Below, one piece after another: positions 152,102-165,400 of a stretch of DNA of 248,000 nt. Source of the stretch: Andalucia godoyi And28 (taxonomy: Eukaryota; Protista; Jakobida); contig VRVR01000021.1 of the NCBI GenBank assembly GCA_009859145.1, positions 20,001-268,000 of the forward strand. Reading direction: 5' to 3'. A model generated the notes under the pieces. The model had not been told where the DNA came from and searched no databases. It saw only the letters and a list, made by a program, of their open reading frames with translations. A program made the position numbers and the translations under genes. Position 1 is the stretch's first letter. Each line of letters begins with the position of its first letter.

Positions 152102-155100
152102 ATGTTTCGCAACGACAGCATGTTTTCTCCGACTCAGGGAACACAAGAAGCGATCATATTCTGTCATGATTCAGAGAAACTGAAGCAGGAGTTGCTGCAG
152201 CGCGCTCTTGATATTTCTCCTCCAACTCTGGCTCGACTTAATCAAAAGACGTCTTGCATCGGAACCGACGACAAATCGTCTCCAATTCGACCGCTTCTTC
152301 TGGAACTGCTGGTTTCGCCTGACTCGCCGCACAAGCTGCACAGTTGTGATCCGCATGTTGCAAGCCAACATGAAAAACAGCCATTCCCACAGCAGCAACA
152401 AGTACACCAGCAGAAAGTGGAACAGGAACACAGGAACAGGAACAGGGGCAGCAGAGACAGCAACATCGAGAGGACGATCAGGATCCCGGAAGACAGAATC
152501 CAGGTCCCGATGATGAAAAAACGGATGAAACGGATGACGGCCCGCATTCAAAAAGGAGAAAGCTATTCAGCTCCAGTTCGTCTTCAGGAAGGCCGTCGAT
152601 TGATCCGAAGAGCTTGGCGGATCTTTCGAGGATCTTGTCGGAATGCCAGGCAAAGAGGGACGGCCGGTATAAGAGATATTTGGTGTTGGAAGTATCTGGG
152701 CATGTGCCAATCTCTGGTAGCAGCAGTACATCGAAAAGAGAGAGTATTTTGAGACTTTGGGACGAACAGTACAAGAAGGAGAAGACTCTGAAGCTGAGAG
152801 ACTCGTGGATTTCCACTGCTGTCCAAGTAGGTGATCGTGTTCACGTTTCTTTTGATCCGGCTTCGAGCGCAGAAGAGCCGGAAACAGTGTTGGATCACGC
152901 GGCAAAGCATTTGATTGTCACGCAACCAGATTTGCTCCTGAGCGGTTCTAGGGTATCCGAGACACCAATGTGTCCACGTCGAGCAGTGTTAAATGAAAAA
153001 TTCCGCGTGCGTCTGTCGATTCCGACCACTGAAGGAATTCGAGAACAAGAGGAGCAGAATACCGAAAAATTGTTCTTTTACGGACATATGGTCCACTCCT
153101 TGTTTCAATGCTGCTTGCGGTTGAAGCGATGGGATCTAGCCTTCTTGAAAAATGCAGCAGCAGTATATCTTGCAGGGGAAGACATCGTTGAGTCGATGCA
153201 ATTGATCGGGTTGACTTACGATGCTGTGTTTCAGTGCATGGAGACAGATAACCACTGGAAATCGATTCAGCAATTTTGCAACTCCTTCGTTTCTGGATCA
153301 TCTCCATTTGACTTTTATGATCAGCAACAGAAGAAATCTTCCTCCACCAAGATGCGCATTCAAGAGGTTTTGGACGTTGAGGAGTGCATGTGGAACCCGA
153401 GGATCGGAGTCAAGGGAAAGATTGATGCCTCGTTGCAAATTCAGATCACAGGTTCAGCCGCCGGCACTGAATTTCATGTGGCTCCTTTCGAAATCAAAAC
153501 TGGATTTAACGAGTCGCACAAGGGTTCCTCGATCCACAGAGCACAGGTTATGTTGTACGCTCTCATGATGTCTGATCGACGAGCGGTCCCCGTGTCTTCC
153601 TTGCGCGGTCTTTTGTATTATATGAAGTCGAACAAGCTACATTCTGTGAATGTCCCCTGGAATGAAGTTCGATCCCTCATGCAGCTTCGCAATTCGCTTG
153701 CAAGGACACTCGAATCCATATCTGCCGAGCCACCCTTTCTGAAGTTCGGTGAAATGCTTGGGAACTGGAATGTTTGTGGCAAATGTTATCAGCTGGCCAC
153801 GTGTCTGACAGTCGGAAAAGTATCAGAAGGGGGCTTGCCGCGGAATTCGCAGATTCCTGAAAATGTATGGCACAGCGTTACCCGACACTTGTCAAAGTCT
153901 CATTCCGGGTTTTTCACGCGCTTCTTTCGAATGGTGGAAATTGAAGAGCGATCCGTAGCGACTCTTCGGCGACACATGTGGACGTCTTCTTCTCAAGAGC
154001 GTGAAGCGATTCAAGGAAAGTGCATTGGGTCTCTGGTTCTCGTGCACTTGCGGACTGTGCGCTCAAAGGAAGAACTGGTCGAAGCGGTCAAGAATGTTCT
154101 GCGGATTGCCTCCGCCCACGGGTTCTCGTCTGTCGACTCCCAAGCGAGTGCAGCAGCCGGTGCAGCGAGTATGATTTCGTGTCGTGCAGAAGACAAGGAA
154201 AATTTTCTTCCAGAAGACGAACTGGCTTGTCAAGTGGAGCAAATAGCTGCGAGTCTCCCCTCAGCCTCTCGAATCATCACGTTTAGAAGGCATGATGGGG
154301 CACCATCAGTTTCAGTGACGTCGCCCGTGCGTGTGGGTGATCACGTGGTCTTGTCAACGGAGGACGGTGACTGCGGAGTTGCTGTGGGTTATGTTGTGCA
154401 CGTCGACTCCCGTTCTCTATCGATGGTGTCCCATGATTCTCCGGCAAGTCTTGCCAAGGATTCTGGTTCAGTCTCTGAGGATTCCAACGGAGCTTCAAAG
154501 CCAGTGCGGCTTTTTCGAGTTGACGGAGATGAGTCGATCGCATCATTTCAAGTTGCACGGGATAATCTATTGCAACTCATGGATGCTCGTTCAGAATCAT
154601 CGAAGCGCCTGCGTGACTTAATTGTGGATCTGCAGACGCCGCATTTTCTACCTTGCAACACAGAATGCTCCCGTCATGTTGTTCCGTTGGATCTGGAAGG
154701 GCTCAAGCGGCATCTCAATCTGGACCAGATCCAAGCCATTCTCCACGTTTTGCGTGCGAATGACTACTCCCTCATTCTTGGAATGCCCGGCACAGGCAAA
154801 ACGACGACTCTGGCTCATCTTATTGCCATTCTCGCCAAGTCTGGAAAGTCTGTTCTTCTATGCTCGTATACGCACTCTGCAGTAGACGCCGTGCTGATGA
154901 AACTGGTGGATTTGTGGCCAGAATTTGTTCGTGTTGGTCATGCTCGGTATGCTCTCTTTGCGTTCTCTTTCTGTCGATGCTTCTGTTTTATTTTTCAGAA
155001 CACTAACTTCTTCTATTTTCTTTCTTTCTTTCTTCTTCTTTTTTTTGATTGCTTCTGCAATCCACAAGCTCTCATACCAACGAGCACCTGCATCCAGCCA

Positions 155101-156410
155101 TCGCGTCTCGAACGGTGGATTCCTTGATGACCGCAGAACCCACGTTGTCTTTGCGAGAGATCGTCCATCGACACAAAGTTTTCGCTGCGACTGCTCTGTC
155201 TGCTACGTTACAGGGACACCCGCTGTTTTCAGCGTGTGGCAGCGGGTCTGGTGGACAATTTTTTGATGTGTGCATCGTTGATGAAGCCTCTCAAGTTACG
155301 CTTCCCGTCGTTCTTGGACCCTTGCTGCTTTCCCGCAAGTTTGTTTTAGTCGGAGACCACTACCAGCTTCCCCCAGTGGTACGTTCTCCTGTGGCGGCGG
155401 AAATGGGACTGGATGACTCCTTGTTCAATCAGCTCGCCCAGGCTCACCCAAACGCTTGTGTTTCCCTCACGCTACAGTATCGGATGAATTCAGACTGTTT
155501 GGAGCTGGCAAATCGGTTAGTGTACTCTGGGAAGCTGAAATGCGGTGGGTCATTGGTTTCAGAAAGACGCCTGGTGCTTCCTCACAGCCGCTCTCCTCAG
155601 TCAAGATTTTCACGGACCCTCAAGGACTGCCCGGAATGGTTCCGTCGAGTGGTCAGTTCGGACCAGTCCGTGATATGGGTGGATTGTCCGTCCTCCGAGA
155701 CAGTATCTTCGCAAGGTGTGGTGAACCAAACCGAGGCAAATCTTGTTGCAGAAATTGTTGCGGCGCTTGTTCTCGGAGGTTTATCGCATGACAGCATTGG
155801 AATCATAACGCCACTGCTGAGTCAGTCCCGTCTTGTGCGGGAATCTCTTGGGTGCCTGCCGTTTCTTGGAAAACAAACCATGAACTTCAAACCGACTTCC
155901 TGGGAAAATCTTCGTAGCAAAGAGGCCGATTCTTTCTTGAGCAGTTCAGCAGACTCCGCGTGGGCTGCAACGGACGCTGCAGATGAAATTGAACGTGCGC
156001 CGTTTGTTGCTGGCTCGACGGGCATGTCCATCGAAGTTCATACCATTGACAAATATCAAGGGAGGGACAAGGAATGCGTTATCGTATCGCTTGTGCGTTC
156101 GAATTCAGAGGAGAGAATTGGCGACCTGCTGCGGGATTGGAGACGCATGAATGTTGCTCTCACTCGATCTAAGTCCAAACTTATCATTATCGGAAACGCC
156201 GCAACGTTTGCAATGCAGCCACCCTGGCAGCAAGTTCTGCGGATCGTTCGAGAGAAGAATTGGGTCGTGCAAGTTCCGTCAGAGAAGGAGGTTGACGGCG
156301 GGTTGGACCGCTGGACATCCATGTTGTCGGAAGAGGCTTTGGAGCACGCCAATCTTGTGGATCTGGACTCTTCTGATCTTGACATTAGTTCTGACTTTGC
156401 GCCACTGTGA
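152102..156410 (+). CDS. DNA2: DNA2 nuclease/helicase (one intron; apparent frameshift near 152430)
   Basis: CPRRAVL, GKIDA, EIKTG, GMPGTGKTT, DEASQ, VGDHYQLPP, QYRMN, TIDKYQGRD. Confidence 0.92.
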
Positions 156411-156535
156411 AAACAATAACCGTGCAAACAAGCAGTCGGACAATCAGGCAAACATCAACATTATTTATAAACGGACGCCTGTTTTTGCATAATACACACA
156501 CGAGATCCCCCAAATGTCGCGCCACATCGACCGAG

Positions 156536-157588
156536 TCAAATCTTTCCTTCCGCCACCTGTCTCGCAATGAATGCAGAACCATCGAGATTCAAGTTCCTGG
156601 AGGCGAACTGCGTGATCACGCCTATTCCCTTGAGCCAGTCTCGCTTTGGATGGTTCAAAAACGTTCCCTGCACAAACAGCTCTGCATTTGCCTGGACGAA
156701 AGCGTCGTTCGACACCTGATTGTCGCCCAGAACAACAACATACTGCGGCATGACAGCAAGCGAGACGGTCTGTGCGCATTCCAGCAGCGTCTGATAGAGC
156801 GCCTGGAGCGCCTGGATGGCAGCAGGATCGGATCCATCGAGCGCACGGGTGGCGATGTCATGAGCTTGCAGTTCGCAGCCCTTTGAAAAGAACTTGTAAG
156901 CCAGCACAAGGCCTCTTCCAGAGCACAGATCCTCAAACTCTGGCTTGTGCCTTCCAGCGTACACGACCTGGGCTGCAAATCGCACGAGTTCCGAGTCCGA
157001 GGACATGGTGATGTGGGATGCTTCGCCTGGAACCACGGATTTCCCATGCACGATCGTTCCAACGCCCATGCCTGTTCCAGGAGCCAACACGACGACGTTG
157101 GCCGAGCCCAGAGAAGGCTGAATCTGCTCGCCGCCAATTCCATGAAAGCACTCCTGGAGCGCATTGGCCTGCGAAAGACCAATGAATCCGTAGCACGCAC
157201 CTTCAAGATCGTTCAAAAGACGAGTTGCCCCGCGAGGAAAGAGAAATGGCGGAAGCATCTCCACGGAAATATCCTTGGATCCAAGATAGTTCGTGATGAA
157301 TGCTGCTGTCCCGTTGTTCCTCACCGGCCCCGCAACCGCCAACGCAGCTGCCGTAGCCGGCGCCAGATCCGGAATGAGCCGTCGAACCGCAGCTTCAAGT
157401 GATTCTGCAGCGGCCACCAACTCTGCAATCGTCGAAGCATGCAGCTTCCCCAGCGGAACTACGGTCGCCGGAGACCCCAAGGTCACAAGCATCACCCGCG
157501 TGTGAGTGCCGCCGACATCCACTGCAGCCACATATCCAGACGAACTCCGCAGCGCTTCAATTCCAGACTCTGAAATCACGACTGACAT
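156536..157588 (-). CDS. glk: Glucokinase, bacterial Glk (group A) family
   Basis: DVGGTHTR, AVAGPV, LLNDLEG, APGTGMG, EDLCSGRGL. Confidence 0.88.
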   Translation of the reverse strand: MSVVISESGIEALRSSSGYVAAVDVGGTHTRVMLVTLGSPATVVPLGKLHASTIAELVAAAESLEAAVRRLIPDLAPATAAALAVAGPVRNNGTAAFITNYLGSKDISVEMLPPFLFPRGATRLLNDLEGACYGFIGLSQANALQECFHGIGGEQIQPSLGSANVVVLAPGTGMGVGTIVHGKSVVPGEASHITMSSDSELVRFAAQVVYAGRHKPEFEDLCSGRGLVLAYKFFSKGCELQAHDIATRALDGSDPAAIQALQALYQTLLECAQTVSLAVMPQYVVVLGDNQVSNDAFVQANAELFVQGTFLNHPKRDWLKGIGVITQFASRNLNLDGSAFIARQVAEGKI

Positions 157589-158607
157589 TTCCCCACACTC
157601 CCCCGTGTATTTGCTACTTTTAATTCTCTTTCTACTCTTTTTGGTTCAAAAGAAGAAGCCAACACCAGAGCTTCCAGGAGAAAGAATTGCTCTCGAGTTG
157701 CCCATTGGTAAAAGCAACACAGAGAGAAGCACCGTCGCTGAACTTGACTTCGATTTCAGACTGCGCAGCATCAAGTGATTCCAACATTCAAAAAAATTTA
157801 AAAAATGATTCCCCAAAAGAGAGCATTTATGTTACTGTCCTATAAAAAAGGCACAATACTTAACATCATATACATGTATGAAAATGCAAACCGCGCAATT
157901 CGCATCCGAGAGAAAGATAAGCCAACGAGTTTGAGGGACGATAAAAAGAAGAAGCAAAAAAAACAAAAAAAAACGAACAGCAGCATGCCGGAGAGAAAGA
158001 GCAGTACAAAGAGAAAAAAAGGAAGAAAAAACGGGCCACACTTCCTTGTGAGGAAAGAGATAAGATCAGGAAACACGTCAAAAATAGGGTTGTCGTCACA
158101 AAAGATCGGAAACACGGACCAAAGACGAAATCATCATATTATCTCTTCTCACGAGTACATGGAAAAACTGCGTATGCTGCTGCTTGCTGGGAAAGGGTGT
158201 GTACATACCATGCATTGCAAAGACTGGTACTGTGAAACGTCCTCTTTTTCATTCTCTCCTATACAGAGTCATATTAATCATAATAATGATAAGAAGAAGG
158301 AGAAGCAGAAGAAGAAGCAGAAGAAGAAGCAGCAGAAGAAGAAGGAGAAGGAGAAGAAGGAAGAGCAGAGGCGGCTGGCAAAGAAGAAAGCGAAAACGAG
158401 AATGTTTTCCAAACAGGAAAACAGTAAATAATAGGTAGGGTTCTGGCTTTTGAGAAAACCCTCAAAAGATGAGGACCCCTGAAGAGGAGACTCGACAATT
158501 GGGTTTTTTCTCTTATTATCCAAATAAATTAAAATGAAATGGAAACAGTTTACGTTTTTATCTCCCCAGAGGTGGTGTGGAGGTGGTGCATATTGCTGTA
158601 GTTATCC

Positions 158608-160944
158608 ATGTCGACGTCGACGTCGCGACATCGGCATGTTCGGCCTGCCGTGTCTGTGAGCCATCGCGCGACGCAGCAGCTGAAGATGAGTCTTCGAGAG
158701 CGGCTGCTGCTGTCTCCGTGGCAAAAGTGGCGCAAGTATGGCAAGTTTCCGTTCAAAGCATTCATCCATGTCTTGCTTGTTGCACTGGTTACGCTGCAGT
158801 GTTTCTTGTTTGGAGCCCAGCGAAATACGTACTTGTACAGCCAGACTTCGGCGTTTGAGGACTTGTTTTTCCCCTCGGGAGCGATTGTGGTGGACCCAAA
158901 GGACTCTGGCTACGGGTCTGCGTATGTTGAGTTTGCTCGGATTGGCGATTGGTTGTCCGGGATGCAGAATGCGGTGAACACATATGCGCTGCTTAATGAC
159001 ATTAGTCCGGACACGTATGGCCTTGTGGACCGCTGGGTGAGAATGTCTGTTGCGCAATTGGCGCACGAAGACGTGGCGAAGCTTGACTACACAAAGCCCA
159101 TGGATCGATCGGTGTCGATCCGTGAGTACTGGGTGGACCCGTTCAGCAACAAGTCAATGTACGGGATTTCGAATCCGCCTAGAAGGAGGAGTGCTGTGGA
159201 TAGCATTTTGCACACCACCACCACCGCCGCAACACCTGGAGCAGCAGAAAGAGCAGGAACCGGTGCTGCTGGACAAGACGCAATTGTTGTCGAAAGCGCA
159301 TCGATTGCCGGGTTTTGGGAAGAGAATTTTGGCGATGTGGACGATCCTATGGACGAAATGCTGGGACCGTTCAACACTAGCGATGCAAAGTCGGTGCATC
159401 GGATGATGTCAAGAGTCGTGTTTGTGGACTTGTCGTTTCAGGTTGAAGCGGCCAATCTGTTGCCGAATGTTCCGCAGTGCATGGAATGGACTATCAAGAT
159501 CCATTACGACTTTGCTGCACGAGGCGGTCTTATCCGGCAGTTCATCCAGAGCGATGCCAAGGTTTGCGAATCCCAGTCTTCAAAGATTATTGATGCATCT
159601 GCGTCACCGGTTATTTGGATTTCTGTCCTGTGCATCATCACATCACTCTTTTCGATATTGCTGACGGTACGCCAGATGGTGTCAATACTGAGCATTCGCT
159701 CCCACCTGCCTAGCGACACCGTCGAAGGGTCTGTTGTTTCGCGTTCAATGTCTCCGTCTCCGTCTCCGTCTCCGTCTCCGATGCCCACGGTTTCATCGAA
159801 CATCCATTTCAATCTCGCAGCATTGAAGACTGTATCGTTTGGAATGATTCTGGGTCTTCTTAATCTGTGGACGATTGTGCATGTTATTTCTGCAGTGATG
159901 AGCATAGTGTCCTCCGGAATGCTGATCGCAACAACTCTGTACAAGTATGCTGATGAGGAAACGGTGGCTTTCTTTGTAGGGTTTGATGCCTTGTTTTCGT
160001 GGGTGAATTTGTGTCGATATTTCGAGTATTCTCCAAAGTTTTATCTTTTGATTCTCACGGTGCGCCGCGGAATGCCCAACGTCGTCCGCTTTATCATCGG
160101 AACGGCTCCCATATTTATTGGCTATACGGTGTTGGGAACTGTTCTGTTTGGACCGTACACTCGCTTTTTTGCAGACTTTGATCAGGCGGCGGTCACGCTG
160201 TTTGCTGTTCTAAATGGAGATGAAATCCACGATGTTACGGCTGCTGTTTTCTCGAGAAATCCAGCACTGGGAATCATTTCTAGAATCTACATGTTTTCGT
160301 TTGTTGCGCTGTTCATTTACACGGTGCTGAATATTTTTATTCACATCATGGAAGATGGATTCTTCTCGGCTAAGGAGAATCCAGGAACGACCGCGCGTGC
160401 TGAAAAGATTGCGAATCTGATATTGGGTCCTTCCGCCCCACCACCGCCTCCCGTGGTACATTCTCGCCTCGGAGATGGCCGTTCGCAACAGGATGAGGAG
160501 TCCCGACTGTTGATGGCACAAGCCCATGAGGAAGACTCCAGTTCACCAGGCAATTTGTTAATGATGCCCGTCGGCGGCGGCTCGGCAGGGATGCAATCGG
160601 AAGGATTTTCGTCGTCAGCCACAAGTTCAGCATTTCCAATGACTGCGGGTTCGTCGTACTCTTCACAGGGAAACGAGCCTGCTGATCATCATTACCACCA
160701 CCGAGGGCACCAGGGCGAAGGCCAGCCGGATCACGGACATCCCTTCCATGAGCTACTAGGGACTCTTGAGCAAGTACAGCAGTATCTGCGATATGCGGTG
160801 TACGGTTCTGGAATCTCTCCTGAAGAACGGTTTTGCCTGCAATTGATCCAGGATTCTTCGCGGAGACTGCTGTCAGTTCGCAGCGCGCGGCATGAGCAAG
160901 TGGGGCAACGTCTAGAACCGCAAGTTGCGCCAGGCATTCAATGA
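158608..160944 (+). CDS. MCOLN: Mucolipin/TRPML cation channel
   Basis: SPWQKWRKYGKFPFK, RYFEY, TLFAVLNGDEI, LNIFIHIMED. Confidence 0.88.
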   Translation: MSTSTSRHRHVRPAVSVSHRATQQLKMSLRERLLLSPWQKWRKYGKFPFKAFIHVLLVALVTLQCFLFGAQRNTYLYSQTSAFEDLFFPSGAIVVDPKDSGYGSAYVEFARIGDWLSGMQNAVNTYALLNDISPDTYGLVDRWVRMSVAQLAHEDVAKLDYTKPMDRSVSIREYWVDPFSNKSMYGISNPPRRRSAVDSILHTTTTAATPGAAERAGTGAAGQDAIVVESASIAGFWEENFGDVDDPMDEMLGPFNTSDAKSVHRMMSRVVFVDLSFQVEAANLLPNVPQCMEWTIKIHYDFAARGGLIRQFIQSDAKVCESQSSKIIDASASPVIWISVLCIITSLFSILLTVRQMVSILSIRSHLPSDTVEGSVVSRSMSPSPSPSPSPMPTVSSNIHFNLAALKTVSFGMILGLLNLWTIVHVISAVMSIVSSGMLIATTLYKYADEETVAFFVGFDALFSWVNLCRYFEYSPKFYLLILTVRRGMPNVVRFIIGTAPIFIGYTVLGTVLFGPYTRFFADFDQAAVTLFAVLNGDEIHDVTAAVFSRNPALGIISRIYMFSFVALFIYTVLNIFIHIMEDGFFSAKENPGTTARAEKIANLILGPSAPPPPPVVHSRLGDGRSQQDEESRLLMAQAHEEDSSSPGNLLMMPVGGGSAGMQSEGFSSSATSSAFPMTAGSSYSSQGNEPADHHYHHRGHQGEGQPDHGHPFHELLGTLEQVQQYLRYAVYGSGISPEERFCLQLIQDSSRRLLSVRSARHEQVGQRLEPQVAPGIQ

Positions 160945-160996
160945 TCCTCACAGTGCACCAGCATGTGGTTGAATGATCTCAAACCCCGATTCGTTT

Positions 160997-162010
160997 TTAC
161001 TGCACCTCTTCCACAACTGGTCCCCGCGCTGGGCAATCTTCGCATTCATAAATCTGCAGTGACTGCCGCGCCTCGTAAGACCTCGGCGGTTGCACACTGC
161101 TGTGTTCGGGCAAGGACTTGCGAATATCTCGAATTGAATGAACATGTTCTACGATTCTTTCTTCCACGATCACTTGGATGCTGTGGATTTGGACAAATGA
161201 TGCATTCTGGTCCTCCGTCCAACACGGATCCCGGACTTCTGAATGTCTTGTTGGCGATTTGTTGTAGCCTCGTCCCCAGTATCGATCCTCCAGAGATCGC
161301 TTGGCGCCCGTTCTTCTTGACAGCATTACACGATCTGCAGGGCTCAACAAGGCTTTTGGCGCCAGCTGCCTCATCCTTTGGCAATCTGGGGTGCCGTCAT
161401 GGCCATCATCGTTACCGTTGTCACCTTCTTCGTCTTCGAAGACGCAGCACAGCCGGGGGCTGTTCGGAAAATGTTCTCGATCCTGCAAAAGACATTCGTT
161501 GGCATGCATCGAGGAGTACATCTGGTCATAGACTTGCTGGAAATAAAGTAGAAGGTCTCCGAGGTTCTCGATCCTTTTTTCGCTTATCTGGATCATTTCA
161601 TCCAAGAAGAACTGTGCGCGTTTGATGTTTGTTTTTGGTAGAAATGTGAGTCTCTCGGGGCGTCCAGTCCTTTTTCACGCAGTCAAAATGTGAAAGCGAA
161701 TAAAATAATAATAATAATAATAATAATAGTAATAATAAATTCAAAAAAAGTAAATTAACAAACTGCATACTCTTTGAGGAGAAGACGGATGCAGACGGCT
161801 GACAAGGTTCTGCACTTTCACCAGAGACTCTCTGTATGTTTCCAGGACGTTGGAGCCTTCCGCTATGAGCTCGGCTAGGAAGTCTGCATTAGGACCAGTT
161901 TTGTCATTCGACCACGGAAAACGAAAACTGTGCTGGGGATAGTGCGATCCAACCAGATACTTTTGAAAAAACTGTTCATCCTGCTTCACAGCAAATCCCA
162001 CAACGTCCAT
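160997..162010 (-). CDS. Hypothetical protein, probably two exons
   Basis: Exon ..SSPQR then GTATGC..CAG joins to FFLDEMIQISEKR. Confidence 0.45.
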
Positions 162011-162459
162011 ATTTTTTAAAATATTAAAAACTATCCTTTAAAAACGTATTATCGCACCAGAGAAGAAGTCCATTCTGGAAAAATTAAATAGTGAAAACAA
162101 TGGGGAAAAACAAAAAAAACCCAGCGCAATCCGAGGGGAATACATGGGAAAAATAATGCGAGACACGAGACACGAGACACGAGACACGACCTTTTCTCGT
162201 GTTCCTTCCTTCCTCTCCGTCTGTGCACTACTCTCGTGCATGCACTATCGTGCAACACGGTCCGTTAAATACTTGTGCGAATTGTTTTTGGGGAATTAAA
162301 GAAAAATGGAAAGCACAATTTGCCTTTCTGCTGTTGTCGTTCAGCATATGAATACGTATTGAAAACCACAACATTAACGAGCAGTCGTTGCTTACGAATT
162401 GGTCTACTAACGTACAGGGGAGAAAAAGAAAGGAAAAAAGAAAAAGAAAAAAAGGAAAG

Positions 162460-165400
162460 ATGGATCGTCTGAAACTCGATTCGTTTGATTTGCTGCAATC
162501 ATTTTCAGCATTTTCCACACACTCTGCTTCGGCCCTGTCGCTACTAAAGGCATCGATTTCGACTTCATTGATCGACAGCCATTTGAAAAATGCACACATT
162601 CCATCTGCTTCTACTATGGCGTTCGTCGCTGGGTCGATTGGAGCTGCCGCGATCACCACTCGAACAATACTGTCTCTCCGAAACCGACATTCCCGCCACT
162701 CTCATCGCAGCCTGTCCTCGGAAGCACACAGTGTTTCTTCTTTTTCAGCTGGGATCCCCAAGATTAGCATGAGTCCACGCAAGTTTCGAGTTTCCAGAAG
162801 CATGCAGACGGAAAAAAACGCCGATCAAGCGGGAGCAATAATAGACGTTTCACAAGAGGTCGCTGATTCCCCGGGTTCAAGATTGCTTGATTCCCATGCG
162901 CAGTATGAATGGGAGTGGTTTTGCAGGGAAGCCATTTCCCAGACAGACTTTGGCTGCAAAGTTGCTCATGCAGACGAGTGCACAATGACAGCTGACCGTG
163001 CAGAGTTGTTCGTGGACTCGCAGACGAACACCTCATGTTTGGATTTCCAATCTCCAGCTTCAGTTCAAACAGAGAATGCTACGGTCTGCGATACTGCCTT
163101 TCAAGCCGGGTGCGCCATGGAAGATGGGGAGACGCAAGTGAGCTTCATTGTCTCGGATTTTGTTATGCAGACAGAGAACCAGCTGCAATGCTCGGGTTCG
163201 GTGCAGACGGAAGAACGGATCTCTCGCTCTGGACATACGCAAACCACGCATGCAGAAACGATGAGCATTCCTGTTCAAACCGTCCATAGTGAGACTGCGA
163301 ATCAGGATGTCCAAGTCGAATGCGAGTCCTCGAACGCGATTTGTCAGGCGGGGTTTGCTGCTTTCGAGTTGCAAACCATCGCTTCGCAGACAAGCACGGC
163401 GGAGATGACGGTTGATCAGCATTGTCAGATTGCAAGCGAGTTGCAAGAAGCGGCGTCGCAGAATTGCGGTCCGGACATGCGGGATACTGGCGTCTCCGTC
163501 ATGTGCGAAATGTTGGAGATGTTCATGCAGACTTCCATGGACGTGCAGCACGCGGACGCTCAGTGCAGTGTCATGACATGCGAAGCTTCGTGCGATCCAT
163601 GCTTGGCGAGAATGGTGAATTCATCGACCCAAGTCTGCTGTGAAGCGCTGGATCGAGGGACGCAAGCCGAATGTGAAATGGAAGATTCCGGGCTGCAGTA
163701 CTCTCCGGAAACTCATGAAATCGCTACCGGAAGTGACGAAGCATGCTGCCGAATGAACAACGGCTGCCAGGTCTCCGCTCAAGACGAGGATGCAGAATGC
163801 CAAGTGAACATACTCCCGATTGTCTCCGACGCGGATTGTCAGTCCGAGACGTACCAGATGCACTCAATGAATTCGCAGACGGCTGTCTCGCATTTTTCAA
163901 TGGCGGATGGATCTACTCAGTACGAGACTGGCATGGCGCAGGATGTGAACGAGGCAGACGACGAGCTGTCCAGGACCGTGTATTTGGTTATCCGTTCAGA
164001 CTCGGAAACGCAAACAGACACAACCGCCCTCAACGCATTTCCCCCTTTGCACGGATCTCTGCCACTGGATTCCTCTGTCGGAATCCTGTCGTCGTCGACT
164101 CACTCGTCCGTTATCCACAATCCGCTCAGCTCTGTCGGAGCTGCCGCGGACGTTTTCACGCCCATGAGCGATCGGCATCGAACGATTGGGATGGATGATC
164201 TCGGAGAGGCAAGTACGTCACCGGAATCTGTGTTCTCCGTTCGATCGGATCTCTCGGAGAGATCATCGCCACAACTCAAGGCAGGCCTGCAATTCTACAA
164301 GACGCGCCAGCAAGAGCTCGAAGCGAATCGTGCGAAGATCATGTGCACGTTGAAGGATACCATCCGGGAGAATGACGAGTTGAAAAAGGAAGTAGAGAAG
164401 CTCAAAATTCGGCTGGCATTCCTGGAGGCGAAGCGCAGTCCGAGTTTGGCTTATGGTAATCACAACTACTGCCATCACAGCAGCAACAACAGCAGCAATC
164501 TAAGCATGGCAAATGCGTCTGTGATCGATACGTCTTTTGTCCTTCCTTCTGATTTGTCCATGTCAATGCTCCAAAGTCCGCCGATTGCATCTCGTCGTGA
164601 AATGGACCAGCGTGCGGATATCATGATGCAGACGATTCAGCAGTTGCAACAAACCATTTCTCATCTAGAACAGGAGCTTGCCAGTCGCAATGCTGTTTTC
164701 ATCGAGAAGGAAGCACAGTTGCTGCGTGTCCGGGATCGTGATGACGTGATTGCGCGCGAGAACAGGTCTCTGAAGGAAAAGGTCGACAAGATGGAGTCTG
164801 ACAAGGCTCATGACGTGAAGCGCATCCAGGAACTGCAGCGGCAGGTTGCGGCCATTGTCAACAAAGTAGAAATGCTCACCAACAGTTTGGAAGAAGTGTC
164901 TCGCGATCGGGAAAGTATTTTGGCGAAATCAAGGACGGTTGAAGCCGAGACCGAGCGAGAAAAGGCGGTTCGCTTGGAGATCCTTCAAAAAGTAGAGAGC
165001 TTGGAGGTCGAAAACAACCACCTGAAAGCCATGGTCGAGCAGCACCAGGTTGAACGTCAGCAGCTCATCCATCATGCGCAGCAGAACCTTGTGATGGATG
165101 AGAACCTCGTCGAATTTGCAAGGAATTCCAAGAAGAGCATCAAGATATACCAGGATCTCAAAGACCAGATCCGAGTGCTCTCGGAAGAGAACCAGCGCCT
165201 TAAGGCACAGGCGCATCACCTCCGAGAGAATCATCGCAAGAAGTCGCTCGAGGAAAAGGAAAATGGGGCCGTTGCACTTCAAGCCAAGCGGGCTGTTGCG
165301 TCGGTTGCATCTGCTTTTGCACCTGCCACGAACACTACTGCTGCACCCGCTGCAGCCATTCCGCTTGCATCAGTCCCCGTGCATCCGGCAACCACCACCA

